Source of the DNA: Moniliella sp. 'wahieum'
Lineage: Eukaryota
Length of the DNA stretch: 63,065 nt
Assembly: GCA_003971905.1 (NCBI GenBank)
Contig: RSEE01000116.1
Span: 124,001 to 187,065 of the forward strand
Direction of reading: 5' to 3'
A program made the translations under genes and the position numbers. Shown here in pieces: positions 38,298-53,592 of this stretch. Under the pieces are notes generated by a model, which was given only the letters and a program-made list of their open reading frames with translations, searched no databases and had not been told where the DNA came from. Position 1 is the first letter of the stretch. The number at the start of each line of letters is the position of its first letter.

Positions 38298-38877
38298 GCT
38301 GCTGTTGCCGAGCGCCGGGCGCATGCGCTGGGATATGGGACATGGGATATGGCAACGCGGGCGACGATGCGAGGATGGCCTCCGTGGGGCACCGGCTGAC
38401 GCTCACGTCGCGCCGGATCCAACCCTGGCATACCATCGTAGCTGGGTGCGGTAGTGTCGAAGCGATGGTGCTTTTATTAACAGGATTGCTCCGCTCTCTT
38501 TGGACTGGAGGAGGATGATCAATCAGAGACGGGTGGCTGCACCGATGGGATTGACACACTATGGCACGCTGATGCGCGGATCGTAGATCATGTATCATGC
38601 ATCATGGGCCAAGCAGACTGGATCTCACTCCAAGGCAGAGATCCGTACAGATGGCAAACAGAGGTACGGATGGCAAACAAACAGAGGTCGTCCCGGGGAA
38701 AAATTGGGTTTTGGCTATAGCAGAGGGAGGGAGCGGGCGTACACATGAGGCCCTCCCCAAGGGAAATAAGGCAGGAAGGGGGAACAAAACAACGAGAAAA
38801 GCGACAGGACAGGCGACAGACAAAACAAAGGCAAAAAGGGGGCGCGTACGCCCGTATCCCTTATCCGCGTGGGTAAC

Positions 38878-40991
<2,114 letters not shown>

Positions 40992-41571
40992 GCTGGGTCG
41001 ATGGGTGTTGGGGTGTTGGGGTGTTCCGGTGGTGTTGGTGTTGGGGCGGCCATCCAAAAAAGAAACGCCGCCCGAGGCTACGAAAGGGGAGGGTGCTGCG
41101 GCGGGTGGCCGACTAGGGTTTCTGCGTTGGCGGGGGCCCGTGCGCCGAGCTATCTTGCGCCTAGCCCAGCCGCACTACCGACCCGCCGTTCGCTTCGTGC
41201 GTCTACCGCGCTCCGCCCCGCCTTTCCTTCCGTCCGAATCGTCCGTGTCGTCCAGCAGAGACAGCCGCACGCGGTCAAGAAATGGTATCCATTCGCGAGA
41301 GAGCAAAAGCAGCAACGGCTGCATCGTGAAAACAAACGTTGCATCCCAATCGTAGATGTAGATGGCGGACCGAGCGAGTGGGATGGAGCAAGAGGGAACA
41401 AGCTAGGCAGGCAGGTGAGAAGGTGAGAGGCAAAATCCGTGAGAGAAACAAGAAAAGGAAAAAGGGACTCGCGGGTAAGATCAAAAGACGGGCACCAGAA
41501 CCCCACAACCAACAAGACGACCGGCGTCTCTCGGTGGGTATAATATAGACAGACGCCCCAGTCGCTGTCCA

Positions 41572-43453
41572 TTATACGTCACCCCAACTCCCTCGTGGAG
41601 AGTTAGGGTCCCGAAGACGTGACGATCTTTTCCAGCTTGCGTAGTCGGGCGTGCCGAGGCCTGTGACGGCGTCCCATCCTTTCTTGGCTGGGAACCCACG
41701 GCTCGCAGGCGGCCCCAGCTCCAGGCATCCGGCCGACGAACCATGACAATATCGTTCAAGCCGTCCTGGCCACGCTTGTACAAGAGTGGATTGACAAAGC
41801 CCAGCGACGGAAGCCCCTTGGCCGCACGCGCATCGTTGACAGCGCCAAGATGGAGGCAAACGTAGGGGCGGCAGCAGAGGTGCCACCAGTGAGTGCCCAC
41901 ATTTCACGATACTGAATCAAGTACCAGGACCCTTGGGCAGCCACGTCGGGTACGCCCCGCCCCTGAGCGTTGTAGTACGGCTGAAGCGCCTTGTCCAGCC
42001 AGACACATAGGTTCCCACTGATCCTGCTGGTACCACGGCCGCTGGAACAATCTGGAGAAACCTCCGCCAGAGGTGAACTCTGCCCCGGTATCGTTCACGG
42101 CCACTTCGGGGTCGAACCCTTGCGTGCACCTACCGACAGGGCCCAGGGGCAGGTCGAAGGGAACTGGGGCAAAAAGGTTTTTGTACCATTGACCTCGCAC
42201 GTGTTGTTTTTCCCCACGCCATCGTCGCCCGAGGAAAAAAACGGCAGTCATGCCACGAGAGGTGAGCAGCATAATGTCCTGGCACACACGTTGGGCGTAC
42301 GAGGGGGCAACCGAGTACTCGTCGTCATCGTACGACACGGAAAGGACGTTAGGTTAGCTCGTTGTCCGGAAGCGAGAGCAGGTACTCGAACAGCGCAGCG
42401 AACGGCTCGTTATTGTTTTTCGGCGTGTCGGATTGGTTGATCCAGGTACCATGACCGCCGACGGAATAATAGGTGGTCGGTACGGGGTAGGCAAGCAGAG
42501 CTGCTGCACGTCCAAGCTAGCTCGACCCCAGCGGCCTTACGGGACTGGTTGTTGATGCCACCGTTGAGGGTGACGGTACGGAAGGTACCGTTATTGGGGG
42601 GGGAAGAGATTACGATAATAGTCCTTGTACTCGGCGTAGTCTTGGTAATTGGCCCACTGGTTAAGGAAGCCAGCGATGGCCAACGTGGACTGGCCTTCTT
42701 TGGCTTGGAGCGTGCCATTGGTGGGGGTATTGTATAGATTCTGGATTGCAGTTAAGATAGGTCATGCGGACGCTGCAGTAGTTGGGTAGGGCGATGTTGG
42801 GCGGGCCTCTGAAGCGTGATGAGTCAACAACGGATGGGGCAAAAAATCGGGTCCAACCCCATTGAACATGTGAGGGACGACCTGCGGTGCGGACGACCAA
42901 ACGGGTGGAAGGGTAGACCAGGTCAACATGTGTTGATAACCGAGCGTGGCGGTGCACTTCTTCGGCCCGGACACCACCTCGCCCGTCTGACGTGTTCGGT
43001 AGGTATGGAACTGGGCGCCGAGGAGGTCGCGTGCTGGCCATAGGTGGTATGGATCGTAATCGAGTCGCCAGCCGGGGAGCGGCGCGCCATATCTTCGTGC
43101 ATGCCATGCTCGGCCAGCCAGTGTGGACAGCGGGCGGGCGTGGGACGAGGGGGCAGTCAACGCATCGACCTGGGTCTTGCTCAGCCACTGCCCGTACTGG
43201 CTGCTGTCGGGATCGCTCACGCGCTGCAGCGGGATTCCAAGGCGTCGATGCCGCGACGGGCCAGCGCGAAGCGGAGGGTGGCTGGCGCATCGTCCGCGAC
43301 GGCTGCGCGGCGCTCCCAGCCGGGGGAACGAGAGCGCGCTCCTTGAGCACAGCCGTGTGGTGTTGCGGCAGCGAGGCGGCCAGCTGCGCCCAGGCCAGGA
43401 AGCTGGCGACGACGGCGACCGAGGGAAAGAACGAGGAGGGGGAGCACCTTCAT
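41572..43453 (-). CDS. Secreted sedolisin / tripeptidyl-peptidase (S53)
   Basis: Signal peptide MKVLPLLVLSL; prodomain VSDPDSSQYGQWLS; GVE..LD, SYDDDEYSV..SYAQRVC, SGGGFS, GGTSAAAPTFASIL, LGFVNPLLY, GWDAVTGLGTP. Indels; 3' end approximate. Confidence 0.92.
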
Positions 43454-43928
43454 GGGAGGGGGGAGGGGGATGCGCTGGGCACAAAGGGGAGGGGATGGGG
43501 TGGGCAGGAGGACAGGAAGGCAGGAGGCAGGAGGACATATATATACGTGGGGGGGGGTCTGCGAGAGAGTATATAAAGACGCCGCGAGAAGAAGAAGGCG
43601 GCTGCATATAAGCAGGCCTGTGGCCAGGGGTGGTGGCTAGGAAACCAGGTGGCACGGGGCGCGGTTGGGGCGGGGGCTAGGGTTGGGGCGGTGTCGGAGA
43701 TGCGCAGACGATGGGATAACCCTAAGGCTGCGAGAGGGTGTCCCCTACGCGGTGGAACACGTAACTCTAACTTGGGCGTGGGGCTAGCTGCTCTTAAGCA
43801 AACAGCACCCAGCCGCCCGCGCTCCCCCGCCCTTTGCCCCCCGCACATCCAACGCCCCTCCCACCGTCTTCTGATGACAGCGGGTTGGCACCCATCCAGA
43901 GCAACGTCCACAAAAAAAAAAAAAAAAA

Positions 43929-44012
43929 CCCCCACGTGGGACTCGAACCCACAACCGTGAGATGGACCTCTTCTATAAGAGTCTCAAATTCTACCGATTG
44001 AAATAGCGAGGC
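43929..44012 (-). tRNA. tRNA-Lys(CTT) with ~12-nt intron
   Basis: Minus strand GCCTCGCTATTTCAATCGGTAGAATTTGAGACTCTTA[TAGAAGAGGTCC]ATCTCACGGTTGTGGGTTCGAGTCCCACGTGGGGG, followed by a long poly-T Pol III terminator. Confidence 0.9.
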
Positions 44013-44941
44013 AGTATGGCATTCTAACGTTAGTTGTAACATGGCGGATCCCAAGATGTTCAGACTTCCTAGTTCTTCTTTTTTTCCTTCGATTGACGCT
44101 CACCTGCGCAGAAACGTCCCTGCCAATACATGCCCATAGCATGGCTTACTGCCACTTGTGCGCCAACCACAATCAATTACAACACGCGCACGCAATCCCG
44201 GTGCCTATACTCCACCGCCTTTTCCACAGTGGGTCCGCCATGGCGAACGAAGAGACATCTTCACGCCGCATGTGTTGGCCTGCGAAAGTACATTGGGATC
44301 TAACTCAATGCCATTCGCTCGGTTTTTCTAGTCCAGCTGCTCTACTTGTGCTCCTCGATGGTGTCTATCGCCTGCTCCAAAAACCGGCCAACTATTTCCG
44401 GATCCTGCTGGTCGTTCTGATGGGCATGCGCCCAGCCATGGGCCAAGTCCCGGAGATCTCGCGCGTTGAATTCTCGTTGGCCTTGATGAGCTCACCCTGG
44501 CTCTGCCGCCCATCGCGTTGTTTCTGCCGTGCCGCCTGGAAAACGTTCGTTCAACCACGACGCTCTTTCTCCTCCAAGTTTTTTTTTCTTAATTCTTGGT
44601 GCTCTCTTCCGTGATGCAGTGCCTCCAAATCGTTCCCACGCGGGGCCTCTGTCGGTTGCTTGGCGATGGGACACAGGGGTGGGAGTGGCGTGCGAGCCGG
44701 CGCGCGCCCCAGGTGGAACATGGTATTGTAGTTGAACGTGTCGAGTTGGGTGCATGTCACAGATACGGTCGCGGTCACGTGTGTGGCGGAAGACAGCGCG
44801 GCGCATCTGGTTGGGGGGATTGAAAGTTGGGCAAGCGGGCGGAATGGCGCCTGGGACGAGGCAGCAGAGCGAGAGAGGGAGAGAAGCCCACGCATGAGTA
44901 CTGAGTGCGCCACCACCACACAACCACCAACCACGCCCAGC

Positions 44942-45973
44942 ATGGCCGAACCCGCTGCCGGTCTGGCCCCCGCCTCGACGCAGCAGGAGCCCAATCCCCC
45001 GGCATCCCAGCTGCCCCCTTCATTGTGTGTACCGTACCCCTTTTTCCGGCGCGGCGCGTGGCGCACGTGCGGACGTGCGCGGACGGGCTGACGCGGGGAC
45101 ACCAGGACGATGTGGCCTCGTTCCTCGGTGGCGAAGAGGAGGAGGTGGAACCGACGCTGAAAAAGTTCCAGGAGATGATGTCGTACGTAGCATCTTCCTT
45201 GTTCGTGTGTGCGCGTCGGGGTGCGGTTGGGCGTGGCTGGGGGGGGAGGGAGGGGATTGGGAGTGGATCGGCGCGGACGGCATGGCGCTAGCGCGAGAGG
45301 AAGAGAAGTAACTAACTTTTGTGGATGGTGTGTGCAGCAAATACAAGTTATGGAAGCGAGCACGACCCAGCGCCGCCTTGCGCTCGAAGACAAGATTCCC
45401 GACATTGAGCAGACACTGGACATGGTGCGCTTGTTGAAGCAACACAAAGACGCGGCGGCGGCCAACGCGGATGGCGACGCTGACAAGGAAGGAATGAAGA
45501 AGACGACGTTTGAGCTCAACGACACCCTCTTTGCCCACGCCACCTCGAACCGTCGAGACGGTCAACCTCTGGCTTGGTGTACGTCCTCCCCCCTCCACTC
45601 GTTCCCCCTTCTGGCCTATCGCCTTGTGTGGCCTGTACCGCACAGGGTGTGGAAGGCGTGGAAAGCTATAGTATGCCCAGCATGACTAACCTCCGTCCCT
45701 CGGCACGCAGGCCAATGTGATGCTCACGATCCCCTGGACGAGGCAATGGAGCTACTGAGCAGCAGCTGGCCAGTGCCCAGGCCTCCTTGGTCACCGCCAA
45801 AGCGACATGCTCTTCCTCCGCGATCAGATTACCATTATGGAGGTGAATACGGCGCGTGTGCACACTTTGATGTCAAGCGGCGCCGCATGCGGCGCCTGGC
45901 TGAGGCCGAGGCGAACAACGCCAAAGGTTCCGGTTCCGGCGCCGGTGCAACGGCCACGGCAACGGCGGCTTGA
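44942..45973 (+). CDS. PAC10: Prefoldin subunit 3 (Pac10/VBP1)
   Basis: GIPAAPFI, LKKFQEMM.KYK.ME, KIPDIEQTL, TTFELNDTLFAHA, VNLWLG-ANVML, FLRDQITIMEVNTARV. Three introns. Confidence 0.93.
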
Positions 45974-46039
45974 ACAAGGCATGTGGTTGCAACTCGCTAA
46001 CTACAATGAGGCGGTGCCGTAGGCCAACGGTCAACGCAA

Positions 46040-46078
46040 ACGACAGACGACAAACGACAGACGACAGACGACAGACGA
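46040..46078. repeat. (ACGACAG)n heptamer tandem repeat
   Basis: Read directly, about 5 copies with one variant. Confidence 0.8.
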
Positions 46079-46479
46079 TGCAGAGGAGGGGCAGACTGAG
46101 CGACGGTACTGTAGATAACACCACCACAAACAACATGGGAACAGGATGGCGTTCGTCCTAAACGAGACATGGGAGGACCGGGTATGGCATGCTACAGTTA
46201 ATCCGAGAAGGGTCTCCTAGAAGGCGAGGGGGAGAAGGCAAGGCGAGAGAATGAGGGGGATGAGGGGGAAGAGGCGACCGAGAAGGGCACGTCATGCCCC
46301 AAACGCAACGACAACACGCTCGTCTCCCTCCCGCCCCAGGGCAAAGGGTGGAGGGATATGAAAACAGGAAACACGGCCGTACGGGCAGGGGAGGACTAAG
46401 ACGGAGATGAACAAGACAGGGAAGGAGGCGGGGTGGGAAGCCATAAGGGAAGCAGCAGGTGGGGAGGACGGGCAGGGCA

Positions 46480-47030
46480 TTAGTTCCACAACCGCTTGAA
46501 CGCCTGTTTCCGGACGGGTCCGGGGCGCAGGTTCGGACCGGCGACGGGCCCACCGACGGGGCGGGCGGCAGTGGAAGAGGAAGAGGAGGCTACGCGCTCG
46601 GACCAGGAGCGGGACAGGCCGGGCAGCGCGGCCTGGTCCATCATGCGGTCCATGGCCGCTTCCGCGAGCTGGTCCGCTTGCATCTGGGCGCGCTGGGCCG
46701 GATAGTAGACAAAATCGCCCGCGGGATGAGGGTGGGCGATTCGGAGCGGACAGAGCCAACGAGCGTCGCCGTTTCCGCCCCCCAGTCTTCGGCCCTGGAG
46801 AGGGGGGCGGAGGCGGGGGCAGGGGCAGGGGCAGGGGCAAGGGCAGGCGCAGGCGCAGGGCGCGGGAGCGAGGTAGGGAGGGCGGTAGGCGGCGGTGAGG
46901 TTGCCACGGTGGTGGAGCGTGCGCCAAATGCGGTCGGCACGGTCGAGCTCCTCGCGCGTGACGCGCTGGGAGGGCGGGAGAGAAGCATGCCGGCCGGGCG
47001 GCTGAGGGCGGGGTGGATGGCAGTGGCCAT
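46480..47030 (-). CDS. Hypothetical small protein
   Basis: CACCATGG context at 47030. Coding-like RVTREELDRADRIWRTLH and GDFVYYPAQRAQMQADQLAEAAMDRMMDQ...KQAFKRLWN* across frameshifts. Confidence 0.5.
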
Positions 47031-47351
47031 GGTGGAGGAGCAAGATGTGGTGGTGGTGGTGGTGGTGATGCGATGGACAAGTAAGCCGATCGCTGGCCTG
47101 GCCGCAGCAGATAGCAGCGGTCTGCTTCGTGATACGGCGAGATCTCCCATGTCGCAAGCCACTCCAGGGGCACGTGACCGGATAAATGATGCGCGGGCTA
47201 GGGTTGCGCCTGGGCTGCCGCCTGGCCCGTGCAGGCGGGGATGATCGATGAGATCATGTGATGTTGTGATGATGTGATGAGGGTGGAGCGGCTGATCGTC
47301 CATCTGATCTTTGCCACGCCGAGTGCAGCGCCCTCCTCGCCGCCTGGTCGA

Positions 47352-47460
47352 CCGCCGCCGCCATCGCCGCCGCCACCACGCCATCGCCACCCCCCCCCCA
47401 TCGCCACCCCCACCGCCGCCATCGCCACCCCACCGCCGCCATCGCCACCCCCACCGCCGC
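47352..47460. repeat. Degenerate ~21-bp C-rich tandem repeat (CACCGCCGCCATCGCCACCCC-like)
   Basis: Read directly, upstream of the MFS-like ORF. Confidence 0.65.
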
Positions 47461-49148
47461 ATGCCCCCCCCCGCGCCGGCCTCCTCCGCCTCGCCTGCTA
47501 TCCGTCGCCCCCGCCGCGGTGGCCGGCGCAATGCTCCACGCGGCCGCCGCGATCCTGCTGGTGGTGGTGGTGAATGCGCTGCAGCCCGTGCTGCTCCGCC
47601 TCGTCCTGCCTGCCCACACCCAACCTGACCCAGCTCAACGCCGCCTTGGTTCTGCTCGACGAGCTCGTCGGCCTGTCCTGCGCCCTCCCCTGGGGCGCCT
47701 GGGCTGCCGCACCGCCCACCCAGTGCGGCGGTGTCGCACCGTCATCCTCAGCGGCTACCTGCTCTCATCGCCCTTTCCTTGGCCCTCTTTGCCCTCCCAC
47801 CCCCCACCGCCTTCCTGCGCCGCCACCCGCTCCTCCTCGTCTCCCTTGCGCGCGCGGTCTTTGCCGCCGGCGCCAATGCCGTGACCACCATGCTCAGCGG
47901 TACGCTCTTCCCCGCCCGGCCAGACGCCCCGCTTGTGCGCCTTGCGTACTGACTTCCCACCCCTCCGCCAGCCATCCTTGCCGCATTCGCTGCCCCGTCT
48001 TCCACGCCCGCGCCTCCCACGTCCCCGGCGCCCAGGCAGAGCGGGAAGGGGACGAGACGACGCCGCTGCTGCCGCAGCAGGAACGCAAGGGAGTTGGTCG
48101 GGTGGCGGCCGCTGCAGGCCTGTGCGCTGGTGGCGGTGCGTTGGTAGCCGTGTTTGGGGTGGTGCGCTTGCCCCCGCGGCTGGCTGGGGTAGGGTCGGAT
48201 GACACTCCGGCCTTGCTCGACGGGGTACGGATGACGTTTGCGCTGTGTGCGCTGCTGTCGGTCGTGGTGGCCGCCGGGATAAGGGCGCTGCTGCCTCCGC
48301 TCCCTGGTCCCCAAGACGCCGAGCCGCCCCCACCCGCTCCTCTTAGTCCGGGCAACGACCGCGAAGCGCGTCACGCGCCCATCGTCTGCGCATGGAGCGG
48401 CGCCAGGCACAGACTTGGCACCGCAGGCTGGCCCAGGGCCGGCGACGGATGATAAGCGCGTTCGCCCTGATCCGAACCAGCTTTGTGCCTTGCCGAGAGG
48501 CGGACGAAGCGCGAGCAGCGGGCGCACGCTTGCTGCGGTCCGCGCTGCTGGGCAGCGCCTTGGCGCGCAGCGCATCAGTCGCGATTGCCTCTTTGGTACC
48601 AGCGTTGGTGGTGGAGTACTTTTATGCGTCGGGTACCTGTGCGCCCGGCGCCGGCGAGCTCAAGGAACGTGTCGCGTCGCATTTACTGTCATTGCCATCC
48701 TGGGCGGCACGGCCCAACTCGTCTCGCTCCTCGTTGCCTTCCCAGCCGGCTGGGGAAGCGACCGTCTCGGCCGCTTCCGCGCCCCGGGCGCAGGCGCCAG
48801 CATCATCCTCGTCCTCGCCTCTGTGCTTTGCCTCGCTGCGGCCGTCGGACTGGGCTGGACCGCTACCACGCTCACTGACCCCGCAGCGCAGTCGCCATCG
48901 TCGCTGCGTGTAGCTTGGGCGCAGGCCAGATGACCGCCACGGTCGCCAGCATGGCGCTTCTCCCCCAGCGCGCGACCAGCTGCGCTCCGATGCAGCGAGC
49001 GTCGCGGCGGTGTACAGTCTGCTGGGCAGCGTGGGCATCCTGCTCCTCGCGGGCGCAGGCGCCGTCGCGGGGCAGCTGCAAGGTCTGGCTTGGGGCGCAC
49101 TGCGTGCTGGCGGCGTGCTCGGCGGTCGCGGCAAGGCGCGCTGCCTAG
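47461..49148 (+). CDS. MFS-like multi-pass membrane protein
   Basis: Many hydrophobic helices across frames (AAAAILLVVVVNALQP, LVLLDELVGLSCALPWG, FALCALLSVVVAAGI, AILGGTAQLVSLLVAFPAGWGSDRLGR, GVYSLLGSVGILLL). SDRLGR resembles MFS motif A; ETTPLL is a vacuolar dileucine-type motif. Confidence 0.6.
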
Positions 49149-49389
49149 CGCCATGCGGACCGCTCCGGGGGCTGATCATAAGGTGTGCTTACTGGTGAGA
49201 AGGGAGATGGGTACTTTTGCAATACGTTCTTCATTGGATTGGCCATTAGAGATGTAGTCTTTTGGGACCACCGTTTGGGGATGAGGCGCTGGGAATTGAA
49301 CTGGCAGAGGGTCGGGATGTGTTGCGAAAGACGATGCATGGCTGCTAGGAGCGAGCCCTTGAAGCATGTGCATCTCAGATCCGTACACA

Positions 49390-49460
49390 CTTAAGGCTGG
49401 GACTGGGGAACGCCACGCCTAAACCGACCCGTTCATCTTGCTATACTATTACCGGAGTGA
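49390..49460. repeat. Dispersed direct repeat, copy 1
   Basis: 49390-49436 matches 53431-53477 at 43/47 nt; both copies are followed by ACCGGAGTGA. Confidence 0.8.
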
Positions 49461-51113
49461 GGGTCTGGTTTGGGGAGATTTCGATGAGGGCAGATTGAGG
49501 ATCTATTATCTATCGCTCATATGATTAGGTCCATTATGCCCATGGTACTTAATAGATGTTTGCAGCTACGTATCCAACATTCTCCCGCGTTGTGGACCCA
49601 GTTGGTGACAACCGTCGCAGGAGGCTGTGAAGAACCTGACCTGCTGTCGATGGCGCTGTTGGCCTGCTACTAATACGATTTGATGGTCGGCAGGAGCTAC
49701 TGAAAATGTCGCGGTTGAGCACGTTGAGCACCGAGTGAAGCGCGCGATGAGCGCTGAGGCGCTGAGGCCCCGAGAGAAGATGGTGGGCGGGCTTATAATA
49801 TACGGGTTTCCCGCGCCTGTGTGCCGCCTGGACTAGGCCTGTGCCTGCTAGGATATAAGCTTCGACTTGTCAGAGACTGATGTGATTTGGAGGCAAGCCG
49901 TGAATAGGGAGGAGGCGCACACGTGAGAAGGCAGGGGTGGAGCTGCAGCTGATACGGCTGCCCGGTGCTTGTTGGCCTAAAGGAAGATGCCCGTGCGGGC
50001 GGGTGGAGCAGGGGGGGAGGAAGCGTTGCTGCAGCAACAGAGGCAAATGAATGGAGAGTGGGGGAGCAAGACTGCTGCCCGTGGGTTGGTGTGCGAGAAG
50101 GGGCGTGCGCCAAGCAAGCGCCAACTGCGCCAGAAGCCCGTGGTGTTGGTGGCTTGGCGCGGGATCCGTAGCCAGAGCGTTGCAGGGCAGTTAGAGATCA
50201 GTGGCCGTGTTGCTGATGATGGGCAAACCAACAAGACCCATGCTCGATCCGCCTCTCATATCGCCCTGCCGCACCCAGTCTTATATCGGGTGAATTGCCG
50301 CACGGATGCGAGAGTGTTGAGCGTCCTAGTTGATTAGTAGCAAGCAACCACCACCACCGAAGCACACCGACGTGCACATAGCACGCTCAGGGCCGTCGTG
50401 TTGGTGGGGCGCACTACTTACCGCTCTCTGCTGCGAACCAGCCTTCTGTCGCCCGTGCATATTACCCGTTCGGTGATTGTGATGAGCGCAGTAGCCGTAG
50501 CAGTAGGAGCAGTACTTGGCACCCTGGCCAGGCGGAGGGACAGGCCCTTCTCCGGTGGCCCCGCCAGCTCTGTCTCGCCCGTTCGCCCGACTGGGGGGAG
50601 ATGCGGATGTATGGGGGGAGCTGCGCGCGGGCCACGAGCAGCGCCGTCCATCCGAGGGCTGTATATGATGGTGGACTCGGACGGCGGCGGACATGCTGGT
50701 GGCTGATGGCTGAGAAGCCTCGGTGGGGCGGGAGGAGAAGGTGCGTGTTTGTGTTGCAAAAGGGGGAGGGATATAGTAGCGTGTTGGGCGTGTGTTGCTT
50801 GTGTTGCGCGTGCTTGTCGCCGCCCCGCTCCTCCCGGCCATCTCTGCCGTGGGAGCACCACCGCCCCTTTGGCTTTCGCGCCCACCGGCGCCTCCTCCGC
50901 CAGCAGAGGAGATAGCAGCAGCACCGCGCTTATATACCACCGCCGCCAGATCGACGCCCCCCCTCCACCCTTCTCCTCCCCGCTGTCGCCAACCTGAGCG
51001 CCGCCAGCCGTCTCGCCCCGCCCCCCCTGCCCTGCCTTGTCGCTCTCACTGCCTATTCTCCTTCTCGCTCCACCCCCCCTTCCCAAGCACCCATCTGGAC
51101 CAGCCCCCCCACC

Positions 51114-52700
51114 ATGAATCCCAACGTCGTCGACCTCACCATCCCCCCCGTGGACGCCGTCGAGCGCTACCTCGACCCCACCGCCGAGGTCAGCATGCGC
51201 GCCCTCGTCGCCCCCAAGGAGGCAGGCATCATCATCGGCCGCGGCGGACAACACGTCGCATCGCTTCGCGAGAAGACAGGGGTCAAAGCCGGAGTGAGCA
51301 AGGTGCTGCCTCGCGTTCATCGTGTTCTCACTCTCACTGGTCCCCTGAATGGCGTGGCCGAGGCCTTTGGTCTGATTTCCCAGGCCTTTATTGATACTGC
51401 CGCTTCCACCGTCTCGTCCCCGGCCTCGCAAGACTCATCGGCACCCGCCACACCTACTAGCACCGAGGGCGGGCCGCATGGATTTGCTCCCCGACACTCC
51501 CATTTCTCCCCAAGACTCTCTTATCAGTGTCGAAAAAGACCTTGTCCCTCCTCCGCTTTCTTCCCCCGCCACCCCGGTTTTTCTTCCCCGACGTGCCCAG
51601 CACACCCACTACCACCATCCGTATCCTTCTCTCCCATATGATTGTGGGCGTCGTGATTGGAAAACAAGGACAACATCAAAGCCATCCAAGAAGCCAGCGG
51701 GACGCGCATGGTGGCCACCAAGGAAATGCTGCCCAATTCGACCGAGCGGGTGATTGACATTACTGGCACAGCGACCGCCATCCAACAGGCTGTCGCCGAG
51801 GTGGCCCGGTGCCTCGTGTCGGAATGGGAGCGCGCCCAAGGCACGGTGCTGTACCCGACCCCACCCTCCGATGGCCCTGCGTCCAGCTGCGTTGGTACGC
51901 CCTACTCGGCTACCGCGTCCACCTTGAGACACGGCCTGCGTTCCCTGCGAAACACGAGTACCCTACCCCTCCTCTCTCCTCCTTCCCTGATCCTCCCTTT
52001 GCCCCTCTCTTCCCCCCGCGCGCTGGCCTGGGCCTGGGCGGGCTTGGATTTGTTTGGCGCCAGCGCAGCCCAGTACCGCTACCTACACTGCCCACCTTGC
52101 GTCCCTGCAACACCAGCGTGTCTTCCGCCCACGGGCATTCCCTCGGGCAGCGCTACCTCGCCCGCAGCCATTGCGCGGGCAGCGGCCCAGGCGCAGCGGT
52201 CGCCCCCGGTGGCGGCTTTGTCGCCGGTGGCATCCAGGCATTGGACCGGGGACGGCACCGGCCGTGGTAGATGCGGCCAACCTGCGCACCCAGAACATTT
52301 CCATCCCAGCCGACATGGTGGGATGCATCATTGGCAAAGGTGGCGCACGCATCACCGAGATTCGCCGCCTGAGTGGCTCTCTATCTCCATTGCTAAGGTC
52401 TCTCACACAGCGTCGGGAGAACGGCTGTTTACCATCCAGGGAACGCCAGCGTCGAACGAGAAAGCGTTGTACTTGATGTATAACCAGGTACGTCCTTCGA
52501 GCCTTGGATTCAACCTCTTCTGGGACCTGCCATTTCATGATGCATGAAGGTGCCCAGTTCGAGACCACCGCACACCCGCTGACCCTTTTCCTGACTCCCC
52601 CCCCCCCCGCCCTCCTTTTCAGCTTGAAACAGAGAAGGAACGCCGCCAAACAGGACGCTCTCCCCGCTTGGAGCCCATTCAACGGGAGGGTGAGCGCTCA
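51114..52700 (+). CDS. Triple-KH-domain RNA-binding protein (Pbp2/Hek2/Rnc1, PCBP-like)
   Basis: KH GxxG loops IIIGRGG, VVIGKQG and CIIGKGG; KEMLPNSTERV, TQNISIPADMVG, GERLFTIQGTPASNEKALYLMYNQ-LE.EK. Intron 52488-52622; stop approximate. Confidence 0.92.
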
Positions 52701-53430
52701 GATCAGCCACGAGGGATTGGATCCAAGAGGGATTGTAACCATCACTCTGTTCTACTGTTCCCTCCTTTTCTGGTCCGCAACAGCTCAGGCTGCCTTTCGT
52801 GTCATCGATCATCTCAGCAGTATACGCATCCACCAGTTGTCAATACGCGTTTTTTGTCGTTTTCGTTTTGTGTTTCGGAGACCGATTGAGAAGTTCCCTG
52901 AATCGTAGGTACGCTGCTACAGTCGGGCCGAGAGGCCGAGGTCGCGACTAGATACAAACACGCATGAATCTTGTTTCGATCTTAAGTGGTGGCGTTTGCG
53001 AGTCTCACATGGGTCTGCAGCCGGGGTGGAGGCTTGAGGCCAGCTTGGGGGGGAGGATGGCAAGGGGAGGCAGCTATTGCGAGGGGTATACTGACTAGCG
53101 CGAGTGCGTAGTGGTATACAGATGGAAGCGTGAACTGCTCATTAAAGAGACAACCACACCAGATACAACAAACCGTTGCAGCATTGGGCCGATTCTGGTG
53201 ACCCGTGTATCTGCAAAACACATACGCCACAACCCACTGAAGAGATACGATCTATAATAGAACTGTGTAGGAGTAATATAACTGGAGGAGCATGAAATCC
53301 AACGACCCTATCAAGCACCTTCTTCGACACTCATGTGACATCATTGGTTCACACAGGCTCTCTGCTTCTCATCAGCTGCCAAGTTTCATGTGTGTGCGTG
53401 GGCTATACTACATCCATATCATTGATAGAG

Positions 53431-53592
53431 CTTAAGGCTGGGACAGGGAAACGCTACGCCTAAACCGAACCGTTCATAGCTATATAATCCTCACAGGTCG
53501 ACCATTGATTGATGAAACTTGATTCCTTTTGCTCTTATTGTTCCCTTTTGGGAAAGCTCCTAACATGTAACAGTCCAGTATAACCGGAGTGA
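53431..53592. repeat. Dispersed direct repeat, copy 2 (with ~90 bp extra internal sequence)
   Basis: See copy 1; ACCGGAGTGA at 53583-53592. Confidence 0.8.

Noticed and set aside
43717..43725. TAACCCTAA (and AACCCTAAC at 29315) as a telomerase RNA template
   Set aside because: A 9-mer can occur by chance or as a promoter motif. I saw no supporting pseudoknot or CR4/5-like structure, and the sites sit in short promoter regions.
46040..47460. Tandem repeats as a CRISPR-like array
   Set aside because: Eukaryotic context, no unique spacers and no cas genes; these are simple micro- and minisatellites.
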